A stretch of 64,000 bases of DNA from an uncultured Planctomycetota bacterium. Lineage in GTDB: Bacteria; Planctomycetota; Planctomycetia; Isosphaerales; Isosphaeraceae. Position numbers and translations under genes: made by a program. A model generated the notes under the pieces. That model did not search any database. It was not told where the DNA came from and saw only the letters and a list, made by a program, of their open reading frames with translations. This document shows, piece by piece, positions 1 to 8,285 of this stretch (within the stretch, counting starts at the first letter, position 1; every line of letters starts with the position of its first letter). The stretch spans positions 2,752,001-2,816,000 of the forward strand of contig CAVTTN010000002.1 in the NCBI GenBank assembly GCA_963737655.1, in the 5' to 3' direction.

Positions 1-1
1 G

Positions 2-934
2 GCCATCTGCGTGCCGATCCAGGGCCGGCACACCACGTTGGGCGTGCTCTATGCCGACGTCCAGGCGTCGAACGAATTCGCCGAGGAAGACGGCCCGAGG
101 CCCCGAGAGCGGTTCACCCAGGAGCACCTCACCCTGGCCGTGGCGATCGGCCACCAGTCGGGCCTGGCGATCGAGAACACCGCGTTCTACCAGGCGAAGC
201 TCCAGGCCGAGCGGCTGGCCGCCGTGGGCCAGACCATCGCCACCCTCTCGCATCACATCAAGAACATCCTTCAGGGCATCCGCGGCGGCTCCTACCTGAT
301 CGACATGGGCCTGAAGGACAAGGACGAGGGGATCGTCCGCCGAGGGTGGACGATCGTCGAGAAGAACCAGGCGAAGATCTATCACCTGGTCCTGGACATG
401 CTCTCGTTCTCCAAGGACCGCGAGCCGGCCCTGGAGCCGACGGACCTGAACGCCGTGGTGGGCGACGTGGTCGAGCTCATGCAGTCGAGGGCCGCCGAGC
501 TCGGAGTGACGCTCTCCTGGGCCCCGGCCGAGGGCCTCCCCGAGGTCAACCTCGACCCCGAGGGCATCCACCGGGCCGTCTTGAACATCGTGACCAACGC
601 GATCGACGCCTCGGAGGAGGCGCCCGGGGCCAAGGTCGTCGTGGCCACCTCCTGGGACGAGACCGCCTCGCTCGCCCGGGTCACCATCGCCGACAACGGC
701 GTGGGCATCCCCGAGGAGAACCTCGACTCGATCTTCGCCGTGTTCGCCTCGACCAAGGGGGCCCGGGGGACCGGCCTGGGCCTGCCCGTCTCGCAAAAGA
801 TCGTCCGCGAGCACGGCGGGCGGATCGTCGTGACCAGCCGGGTCGGCCAGGGCGCGAAGTTTATCCTCGAACTGCCCGCGAAGAAGGCCTCGGTCGACCT
901 GGGAGGGACCGACGGCATGGCCACGATGGCCTGA
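2..934 (+). CDS. GAF-domain sensor histidine kinase (5' truncated by window edge)
   Basis: GAF C-terminal end (LGVLYAD...LAIEN), H-box SHHIKNILQG, N-box NIVTNAIDA, G-boxes DNGVGI and GTGLGL; frame is open to the window start. Confidence 0.9.
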   Translation, partial: AICVPIQGRHTTLGVLYADVQASNEFAEEDGPRPRERFTQEHLTLAVAIGHQSGLAIENTAFYQAKLQAERLAAVGQTIATLSHHIKNILQGIRGGSYLIDMGLKDKDEGIVRRGWTIVEKNQAKIYHLVLDMLSFSKDREPALEPTDLNAVVGDVVELMQSRAAELGVTLSWAPAEGLPEVNLDPEGIHRAVLNIVTNAIDASEEAPGAKVVVATSWDETASLARVTIADNGVGIPEENLDSIFAVFASTKGARGTGLGLPVSQKIVREHGGRIVVTSRVGQGAKFILELPAKKASVDLGGTDGMATMA

Positions 935-964
935 TTCGGCCAGATCCCGCCTTGTTGGAAGGGA

Positions 965-1408
965 TCAGCGGATCGCCAGGAGTTCTCGGGCCCGGTCTCG
1001 GAGCCGGTCCCACGGGCCGACCAGGGGCGGCTCCTCGGCCGGGGGCTCCTCGGGCAGCGGCTCGGGGCGGCCGGACTCGCCGACCTGGACGAATTGCATG
1101 AGGCCGTCCATCCAGGGTCGTTTCCGCCCGGGCAGAGGGTCGCCGACCAGGCCGACGACGACCATGGCCCGGGCCCGGAGCACTTCCTTGCCCCGGATCG
1201 CCACCACCCGGCCGATCGGCACGGGCTCTCGGCATCGGACGTCCAGGACCCGTTTCAGGACGAGGTTTGCCGACGGCCCGACGGCCTGATAGGCGGCGGC
1301 GTACCCCGCCTCCAGTGCCAGGGAAAGCAGCATTCCGGCATACAATGTGCCATGATGATTGGCATCGCGTGGCAAAATGAGTCGATGCGTTACGGTTTCT
1401 TCCGACAT
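965..1408 (-). CDS. Hotdog-fold acyl-CoA thioesterase family protein
   Basis: MSEETVTHRLILPRDANHHGTLYAG matches the PxDxNxxGxxxGG-type YciA thioesterase motif; start set at the internal Met of ORF 965..1690. Confidence 0.8.
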   Translation of the reverse strand: MSEETVTHRLILPRDANHHGTLYAGMLLSLALEAGYAAAYQAVGPSANLVLKRVLDVRCREPVPIGRVVAIRGKEVLRARAMVVVGLVGDPLPGRKRPWMDGLMQFVQVGESGRPEPLPEEPPAEEPPLVGPWDRLRDRARELLAIR

Positions 1409-2067
1409 TCGTGAAGTTCCCGGCGACCCGTCCCCGGGTCCGAAGAGGCCATCGCAGGGGTCGAGACCCATCCATGCCATCGTCGTCCGAGCGTCGCGGT
1501 GGAGAGAAGCACCACCATTCCGCACCCTCGGATTGCGCGGATTCCTCCTCAGGGATTTCCCCCTCCGCCCGATCGGCGTGATCGGGGGTGTCGAAGCCGG
1601 TTTCGCAATCCTGGGTCGTGAACGCGGTGCGTCACTCCTTTTTCGGTCAGAATCGGAAGGAACTTCTCGCGGGCTTCTCGCCACGATCAAATCGCGTGCA
1701 TGGTCGAATGGGAGAATCGCCAGGGTTTCCGATTTTTCGTGTCCCGTCCGCCGATCCTTGCCGTATTAGGACCGTGAGTGGAAGGATTCGCGACGCGGCG
1801 AGCCTGGTCGTGGTGCGGCCGGGACCGGCTTCCTGGACCCTTCCGTCCCCATCGAGACGACCCAGGGCCCGGGATTCGCTAGCGGACCGATGCGCATCCG
1901 ATGCCGCCTCGATTCGCCCGACGGTTCGCCTCCGGCGCGATCGCCCCGCTTCCTCCGCTCCAGGCTCCCAGACCGGTCCTCCCGGGACCGAGCTTCCCCC
2001 CCAGCCCCCGACCGGGAGATCCCGCCTCCCGGGACTCTCCACCGACCCGAAGACGAGGACGTCCGCC

Positions 2068-2955
2068 ATGCACTCGTCGATTGTGGCGTTCCTGGAGCAC
2101 CTCGCGGGGGAGAAGGGCGCCTCGGCGTTGACGGTCAAGTCATACCGGGAAGACCTTTCGGCCTTCGCCCGCTACCTGGCCGAGGCGGAAGGCGAAGACG
2201 TGGACCCGATCTCGGTCCAGACCCGGAGGCTCCGCTCGTTCGCCGCCTGGCTCGGCTCCGAGGGGTATGCCCCGAGCACGATCGCCCGCCGGCTGGCCTG
2301 CGTCCGGTCGTTCTTCAAGTTCCATCGCCGCCGGGGGACGCTGGCCTCGGACCCCTCGGCCTCGCTCCGCAACCCGAAGCAGGCCAAGAGGTTGCCCAAC
2401 CCGCTGAGGGTCGAGGACATCCTTCGCCTGCTCGACGAGATCCCGACGGCCGAGCCCCTGGGGGTCCGCGACCGGGCCCTGTTCGAGGTCCTTTACGGAG
2501 GCGGACTGCGGGTGGCGGAGGCGGTGGGCCTGGATCGCCAGGACCTGGATTTGGATCAGGGATTGATCCGGGTCCGGGGCAAGGGCCGCCGAGAGCGACT
2601 GGCCCCGATCGGGGAAGAGGCCGTGGCGTGGCTCCGGCGGTGGCTGGCGGTTCGGTCCCCGGCAAGTGCCGACGAATCCGCGGTATTCCTGAACCGTTAT
2701 GGCACAAGACTTTCGGGGCGGAGCGTCGGCCGACTTTTCGACTCCTATTTGAAGGCCCGAGGCCTGGACCCGTCGGCCAGCAGCCCCCACACGCTCCGCC
2801 ACAGCTTCGCCACCCACCTGCTGGACCGGGGGGCCGACCTCCGCAGCGTCCAGGAATTGCTGGGACATCGGCGGCTGACGACGACCCAGATTTATACTCA
2901 CGTGAGTCAGGAACGCATGAGAGACTCCTATGACGACGCGCATCCGCGAGCCTAG
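2068..2955 (+). CDS. xerC: Tyrosine recombinase XerC
   Basis: SAM-like N-domain (TVKSYREDL), GLRVAE, GKGRRER, HTLRHSFATHLL, LLGH..LTTTQIYTHV catalytic residues. Confidence 0.9.
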   Translation: MHSSIVAFLEHLAGEKGASALTVKSYREDLSAFARYLAEAEGEDVDPISVQTRRLRSFAAWLGSEGYAPSTIARRLACVRSFFKFHRRRGTLASDPSASLRNPKQAKRLPNPLRVEDILRLLDEIPTAEPLGVRDRALFEVLYGGGLRVAEAVGLDRQDLDLDQGLIRVRGKGRRERLAPIGEEAVAWLRRWLAVRSPASADESAVFLNRYGTRLSGRSVGRLFDSYLKARGLDPSASSPHTLRHSFATHLLDRGADLRSVQELLGHRRLTTTQIYTHVSQERMRDSYDDAHPRA

Positions 2956-3039
2956 CCCGGCCGTAACCGCCAGATCATGCCGACTTTGGGACAATCTGGC
3001 CGAATCGTCCCGGGTGGTCCCTTCCGGCGAAGTGGGGTT

Positions 3040-3068
3040 TTGACGGCGGACTCGGCGTGATGTATAAC
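3040..3068 (+). promoter_or_regulatory. Putative sigma70-type promoter for the NtrC-like gene
   Basis: TTGACG - 17 nt - TATAAC, about 200 bp upstream of the ATG at 3272. Confidence 0.55.
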
Positions 3069-3271
3069 CCCAACAACATCTCCACCCGCGGCGGCCTGCT
3101 GGGCCCACCGCGCCCCAGGTCAACCGGCCCGGCGGGCCGACGAATCGCCCCGCTTCCCGCCTCCGTCCCGGCCGAGCCGCGGGCAATGCAGGCGACCTCC
3201 CAGATTCAGGGATGACCGACCGGTCCCGTAGCCTCGATGGCCCCGGGCGCCCCTGCGAGAGAGCGATCCTC

Positions 3272-4777
3272 ATGAGCCACACCCGCATCCTGATCGTTCA
3301 TCCCGATCCGTCGGTCGCGTCGCTGATGACGTCCATGCTCCAAACGCTCGGGCACAAGATCGAGGAGGCGCCGAACGACCGGGCGGCGGTGCGGAGGCTG
3401 GAGCTCTCGACGATCGACCTGGTCCTGGCGGCGGCCGACCCCCGGGACCCGGAAGCCCTGGAGTTCCTCACCTATGTGAGGCGGAAGCATCCGGCGGTGC
3501 CCGTGATCCTCCTGTTCCCGGACTCCCACTCGGAGAGGACCCGGGAGGCGATGGCCCGAGGGGCGACGGCGATCCTCCGCTACCCCTTGCCGGCCAATTC
3601 GTTGAGGGCCGCGGTCGCCCAGGCGCTGGGCCAGCCCGAGCTGTCGGCCGTGAAGCCGCCGGCCTCGCCGGGCAACGGGGCATCGAGGACCAACGGCCAC
3701 GCCCTCCACGAGGCCTCGCGAGTCCCCCCGCCGCCCCGGGTCGAGGTGGCCCCGCCGCCCTTCGAGTCGTCGCCTCCCGCGCCGGATTCGGCCCGGCCCG
3801 AGGAGCCGATGGGCAAGGACCCGGCGTTCCGCCAGGCGGTCGAGCTGGCCGGAGCCATCGCCTCGACGGCCGCACCCATCCTGCTTTGCGGCGAACGAGG
3901 CACCGGCAAGACCCGGCTCGCCCACTGGATTCACCGTCGGGGACGCCCCGCCGACGCGCCGATCGTCGAGGTCTCGTGCGGACCGGCCCGGGACTCGGTC
4001 CTGGAAGTCGAGCTGTTCGGCCGGATCGGGACCGGCCCGGACGACCCCGACCGCCCCGGCCTGATCGAGCGAGCCCGAGGCGGGACGCTCGTCCTGGACG
4101 AGGTTTCCGCCCTCTCCCTGCCGCTCCAGGGCCGGCTGCTCCGGCTCCTCCGCGACGGCGAATTCGAGCCGATCGGCTCGGCCTCGCCCGAGAAGGCGGC
4201 CGTCCGAATCGTCCTGACGACCCGGGAAGACCTCTCGGGCCCTCTGGCCGAAGGCCGGTTCCGGGCGGACCTCTACTCGCAGATGGCCGTCGTCGCGCTG
4301 AAGCTCCCCCCGTTGAGGCTCCGCGGCGGAGACATCGAGACGCTCGCCGAGGCGTTCCGGGAGCGGTTCGCCTTCTCGCTTCGGAAGGACATCTCGGGCT
4401 TCGCCCCGGAGGCCCTGGACCGGCTTCGGGCCCACCTCTGGCCGGGAAACATCCAGGAGCTGGAGCAGGCGATCGAGAGGGCCGTGGTCGTCGCCCGGGG
4501 CACCCGGATCGAGGCCAATCACCTGCCGCTGGTCGCCCGCGAAGCCCCGGCCTCCCGGCCCCCCGCCCGGGGGCGCAAGTCCCAGGCCAGCCTCGGCATC
4601 CTCCCCCTGAAGGAAGCCCTGGAAGTCCCCGAGAAACACCTGATCCTCCAGGCCCTCGAAGCCCTCGAGTGGAACCGCCAGGAGACGGCTCGGGTCCTGG
4701 ACATCAACCGCACCACCCTCTACAAGAAAATGAAGAAGTACGGGCTGCTTTTTGATGAGCCCGTCTGGGCAAATTGA
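3272..4777 (+). CDS. Atypical NtrC/Fis-family regulator (pseudo-receiver + AAA+ + Fis HTH)
   Basis: Receiver-like N-terminus, Pro-rich linker, Walker A GERGTGKT, Walker B LVLDEV, WPGNIQEL, C-terminal HTH NRQETARVLDINRTTLYKKMKKY. Confidence 0.9.
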   Translation: MSHTRILIVHPDPSVASLMTSMLQTLGHKIEEAPNDRAAVRRLELSTIDLVLAAADPRDPEALEFLTYVRRKHPAVPVILLFPDSHSERTREAMARGATAILRYPLPANSLRAAVAQALGQPELSAVKPPASPGNGASRTNGHALHEASRVPPPPRVEVAPPPFESSPPAPDSARPEEPMGKDPAFRQAVELAGAIASTAAPILLCGERGTGKTRLAHWIHRRGRPADAPIVEVSCGPARDSVLEVELFGRIGTGPDDPDRPGLIERARGGTLVLDEVSALSLPLQGRLLRLLRDGEFEPIGSASPEKAAVRIVLTTREDLSGPLAEGRFRADLYSQMAVVALKLPPLRLRGGDIETLAEAFRERFAFSLRKDISGFAPEALDRLRAHLWPGNIQELEQAIERAVVVARGTRIEANHLPLVAREAPASRPPARGRKSQASLGILPLKEALEVPEKHLILQALEALEWNRQETARVLDINRTTLYKKMKKYGLLFDEPVWAN

Positions 4778-5050
4778 TCTCAGACGGGCGACGACGGCGA
4801 CGAGGTCGCCATGGATTCCGAGGGTCGCGGTTCGGGGTGCCCCGGTTTTCGAGCCGGCGAGGCGGAGACGCAAGGGCCCGTCGTTCGGGCGCAGGCTCCG
4901 GCGTTTCGGCCTCCTCCCTCCGCGCGAGTTCGCCATCCGAACCGGGAGAACCGAGCTCTCGCTCGGACCCGAATTCCCGGAATCCGGGGCGACAGCAGTG
5001 GCGCCCGTTGTGAAAGGGCCAATCAGTCGTTGAAGAGGGAGGGCTTCACT

Positions 5051-5083
5051 CCCTCTCCCCGGCCCTCGGGGGAGAGGGTAAGC
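5051..5083. repeat. Short GC-rich hairpin repeat (CCCTCTCCCC...GGAGAGGGTAAGC); related copy at 9982-10014
   Basis: Inverted repeat ccctctcccc / ggggagaggg; both copies end in agggtaagc. Confidence 0.45.
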
Positions 5084-5327
5084 TCGGCTTTCATGGGAAG
5101 AACGGATCGGCCCGGGTGTAGCTCTGGAATCTGGATCGTCCAAAGGGTGCCCCCGGTTCTTGAACCGGGGGCACCCGAAAAAACTCCAGATTCGGGAGCT
5201 ACACCCGATCGGCCCTTCGTTGTGACGGGCCATTGCCCCAGAGTCCGTGATCCGGTAGACTGGGACCCTTCGCCCCGGACGATCCCCTGTTCCGCGGCCT
5301 CGTCTCCCGAGCCTCCCGAGGTGCCCT

Positions 5328-5450
5328 GTGTCGTACCGCCCGCGGAAGAAGAGTTCCCACAAGCAGAAGTTCGGCATCTGCAAGAGGTGCGGGGGCCGGA
5401 TTCGCCGCCACATCGCGCGTTGCAAGAAGTGCTCGGAGAAGACGTCCTGA
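5328..5450 (+). CDS. 40-aa basic C4 zinc-finger microprotein (MSYRPRKKSSHKQKFGICKRCGGRIRRHIARCKKCSEKTS)
   Basis: GAGGT Shine-Dalgarno 5 nt before a GTG start; CxxC-x10-CxxC; GC-rich third codon positions; below the ORF-track size cutoff. Confidence 0.7.
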   Translation: MSYRPRKKSSHKQKFGICKRCGGRIRRHIARCKKCSEKTS

Positions 5451-5498
5451 GCCGAGCCGCGATCGGATCGCCTCCGACGCCGAGGGCGAGGCCGACGC

Positions 5499-6428
5499 CT
5501 AGGATTCGGCCTTTCCGAGGGTCGTGACGGTCGTTGTCGTCCCCGAGGCCCCGAGCGTCGTGACCTCGGAGACGACCTCGCCGCCGTCCGGGTCGATGTG
5601 GAACCTCTCGGTGTGGGTCGGCCGGAGGATGTCCGTCAGGGGCACCTTTTCCTCGCCGTTGACCGCGAAATTCCCCGAGTCCACGACCGGGTCGGTCGCG
5701 TCGCGCCTCCGGCTGGTGAAGGTGGTGCCCCGGATGTCGTCGGCCGTGCTGGCGGCCAGGGCGATGGCCCGATGCAGGCTGTAATCGTCCCGCGATTGGC
5801 CCGACTCGAGGAATTGCCGGATCGCCGGGTCCTTCTCCTTGAGCATCGCCAGGAGCTCGGGCGAGTCCATGTCGATCAGGGAGAAATCCCGGGTCACGAC
5901 GGTGTGGATGCGGTCGATCGTCAGGAGCGAATAATCGCGGGCATCGACGCCGTAGGGCACGAGGCTGAAGACCTTGCTCGGGGAGAACGGCTCCGCTTCC
6001 AGGGCGGCGCGTTGGTCGGGCGTGACGCCGTCCATCATCGCCTTGATCCGCCTTTGGAAGTCCCCCTTCATCGTGTAGTAGTAGTTCTCGGCGAGCTGGC
6101 CGGTCTTCCGGGCGAGGTAGATCGAGGTATTGCCGGGGGTGCCGTCGGCCTTCATCCCGCTGGCGCGGTTGGAATCGAGCCTGGTCGAGTCGGGCCGCGG
6201 GGTGATGGCGCCCAGGGCCGTCGATCCATGGATCCTGGGGATGCCCCGGACCATCATCGTCCCGGCGGGGACGTCGATCCGGGCCGAGGCCGGCAGGCCG
6301 TCGCGATCCAGGATCTCCAGGGCCTTCCAGTAGATCCCCGGGCTGTGGATGGTCTTGCTGGCGATCGTCGAGGTCGAGCTCCCGAGGCTCGCCCCGACCC
6401 GCGAGAGGAAGATCGGTAGTCGCGACAT
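5499..6428 (-). CDS. Hypothetical protein with RES-domain-like motifs
   Basis: VRG ... NRASG ... SIYLA....LAE ... DDYSLHRAIA ... GTTFTSRR ... GNFAV follow the order of the RES R, E, Y, SxR, N pattern. Confidence 0.6.
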   Translation of the reverse strand: MSRLPIFLSRVGASLGSSTSTIASKTIHSPGIYWKALEILDRDGLPASARIDVPAGTMMVRGIPRIHGSTALGAITPRPDSTRLDSNRASGMKADGTPGNTSIYLARKTGQLAENYYYTMKGDFQRRIKAMMDGVTPDQRAALEAEPFSPSKVFSLVPYGVDARDYSLLTIDRIHTVVTRDFSLIDMDSPELLAMLKEKDPAIRQFLESGQSRDDYSLHRAIALAASTADDIRGTTFTSRRRDATDPVVDSGNFAVNGEEKVPLTDILRPTHTERFHIDPDGGEVVSEVTTLGASGTTTTVTTLGKAES

Positions 6429-6589
6429 GGTCTCCCCGATCGATCGGCGGATCGCCGAGGGCGCGCCTCGGTGCAGACGGCGGCCGTTCGAGGCCGCCCC
6501 TCCTCAGATACGGGGCCGATCGCCGGCGCCCCGGGCCGTCCCGGAAAAGCCTCGACCGGTCGCCACGAAACCCCGCGGGGCCGCCCCGA

Positions 6590-6913
6590 TCAGTCCGTCG
6601 GCCGAGGCCCGGGGGTCACGCCCGAGGCCGCCGCCCGGCCGAGGACGCGGACCGTCAAATCCGTCTCGACTCGGACCTGGCACGACAGCCGAATATCCGG
6701 CCCCAGGCTGGCTTCCCGGGCGAGCCTCTCGCGCTCCAGCTCGCCCATCGGCTCCAGCTCGCCGGAAACCAGCTGGACGCGGCAGGTCGTACACTTGGCG
6801 TTCCCCCCGCAGCGATGGAGGATGTCGATCCCCGCATCCTCGATCGCCAGGACGAGCTTGGTCCCCTGGGTGACCTCGAACGACTTCTCCCCTTCAACCG
6901 TCACGGTAGGCAT
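6590..6913 (-). CDS. 2Fe-2S ferredoxin (adrenodoxin-like)
   Basis: CGGNAKCTTC...RLSCQ cluster-binding motif; start MPTVTVEG. Confidence 0.9.
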   Translation of the reverse strand: MPTVTVEGEKSFEVTQGTKLVLAIEDAGIDILHRCGGNAKCTTCRVQLVSGELEPMGELERERLAREASLGPDIRLSCQVRVETDLTVRVLGRAAASGVTPGPRPTD

Positions 6914-6973
6914 GGCAAATCGGCTCCTGGTGACCTCGCAAACGAGAGCCGAGCCTAACCGGAGGACCCGACC

Positions 6974-7213
6974 CCGGGCAAGGTCCGTCCGGGAATTGGT
7001 GTCAGATCGTGCTTCGAAGAAAACCCGACTGAGGATGAGGTAACGAGTAGGTCCGACTTCAGTCGGGCCTACGAAAAAAGGGATTTTAGGCCCGACTGAA
7101 GTCGGACCTACTTGTATCGATGATTCGAAGGATTTTTTACAAGGCATGTCAGATCATATTTCGGATTGCTCGAAGCACGATCCGACACCAATTCCCGGAC
7201 GGACCTTGCCCGG
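6974..7213. repeat. MITE-like element: 44-bp outer inverted repeats enclosing a REP doublet
   Basis: 6974-7017 is the reverse complement of 7170-7213 with one mismatch. Confidence 0.8.
7046..7112. repeat. GTAG-type REP doublet (REPIN-like), copy 1
   Basis: GTAGGTCCGACTTCAGTCGGGCCTA and its inverse, head to head; further copies at 48742 and 49826. Confidence 0.9.
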
Positions 7214-7241
7214 ACGCCGTTTGTTTCCCCGTCCCTGCCCT

Positions 7242-8159
7242 TTACCGAGTGCCTTCCAGCCGCTTCGCCAGGTCGGCCCAGAGCCGATCGGCGTCGATGG
7301 CGGTGATCCAGGTGAGGGTGCCGCGGGGGTGGGCGTGGTCGAAGGTCCGATCGTCGCGGACGGTGGGCCGGGGATGGGTTTCGGACTTCGTCAGGCCGAG
7401 GAGATAGGCCGTCGTGACCTCGTCCCAGATCGGCCAGGTCCCGGGCCGTCCGGAGACCTCCTGGGCCATCTTCGGGTTCTTCGTCAGCCATCGATCGAGC
7501 AGGGTGACGAGGAATTCGCCGCCGGGCCCCAGCGCCTTGCGGGCGGTTTCGGGGGTCATGGCCAGGTGGCGGCGGGTCACGGCCGAGTCGCCGACGACCA
7601 GGGGGACCGGGGATTCCAGGACGACCCGCCAGGCCGCCACGTCGTTCTTGACGTTCCACGGGTCGCCGCCGTCGGGCCAGGCGTCGAAGGCCATCGAGAC
7701 GACCCGCACGCGGTCGGCCCACGACGGATCGAGCCGGAGGGCCATCGCCACGTCGGTGGCCGCGCCGATCATGACGACCGTCAGGCGACGATCGGCCGAG
7801 AACCCCTTCGCCTGGTCGATCAGGAACCGGGCCCCGGCCTGGTTTTCGGGAGGGACGTCGCCGGAGATCGCCCGGGGAGAGCCGGCGATCACCGGGAATT
7901 TCCCGGACCGGCCCACCTTCTCCAGGACGCCCCGAACGGCCGTCGCGGCGGCTTCCGGGGTCAGGCCGGGGGCGTGGGTCGTGACCACTCCTCGAAGGTC
8001 GATCGCGGGCGAGAGCGCCAGATGGGCCAGGGCCCACTGGTCATCGACCTCCGCCCCGCAGTCCGTCGAGAGCACCACCGGGACCGGCCCCGGAGGGCCT
8101 CCCAGGACGACCGAGGGCGAGCAGAGCAGGGCCAGACCGAGCCATCGCATCGAGATCAT
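7242..8159 (-). CDS. Nucleoside hydrolase family protein with predicted signal peptide
   Basis: STDCGAEVDDQWAL (DxDxxxDD-like), GAATDVAMAL, WNVKND; hydrophobic N-terminus MRWLGLALLC (start at 8159 or 8150). Confidence 0.8.
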   Translation of the reverse strand: MISMRWLGLALLCSPSVVLGGPPGPVPVVLSTDCGAEVDDQWALAHLALSPAIDLRGVVTTHAPGLTPEAAATAVRGVLEKVGRSGKFPVIAGSPRAISGDVPPENQAGARFLIDQAKGFSADRRLTVVMIGAATDVAMALRLDPSWADRVRVVSMAFDAWPDGGDPWNVKNDVAAWRVVLESPVPLVVGDSAVTRRHLAMTPETARKALGPGGEFLVTLLDRWLTKNPKMAQEVSGRPGTWPIWDEVTTAYLLGLTKSETHPRPTVRDDRTFDHAHPRGTLTWITAIDADRLWADLAKRLEGTR

Positions 8160-8177
8160 CCTTTGGTTGCCGGGCCT

Positions 8178-8259
8178 GGGTGGCATGCTCACGTCTCCGT
8201 GAGCATGTCTTCGGTGAGAGCATGGCCGAAGGCATGCTCACGGAGACGTGAGCATGTCA
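8178..8259. repeat. GGTGGCATGCTCACG-type palindromic REP doublet, copy 1
   Basis: Two inverted CATGCTCACG-n4-GTGAGCATG hairpins; copies at 23004 and 49662. Confidence 0.85.
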
Positions 8260-8285
8260 AACGACCATGCATAAGACACAGACGT

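Noticed and set aside
2068..2955. Tyrosine recombinase as a prophage or island integrase
   Set aside because: About 295 aa with XerC-typical motifs; no att repeats, tRNA target or phage genes nearby
7046..8259. Palindromic repeats as a CRISPR array
   Set aside because: They occur as isolated inverted doublets, not direct repeats with regular spacers, and there are no cas genes
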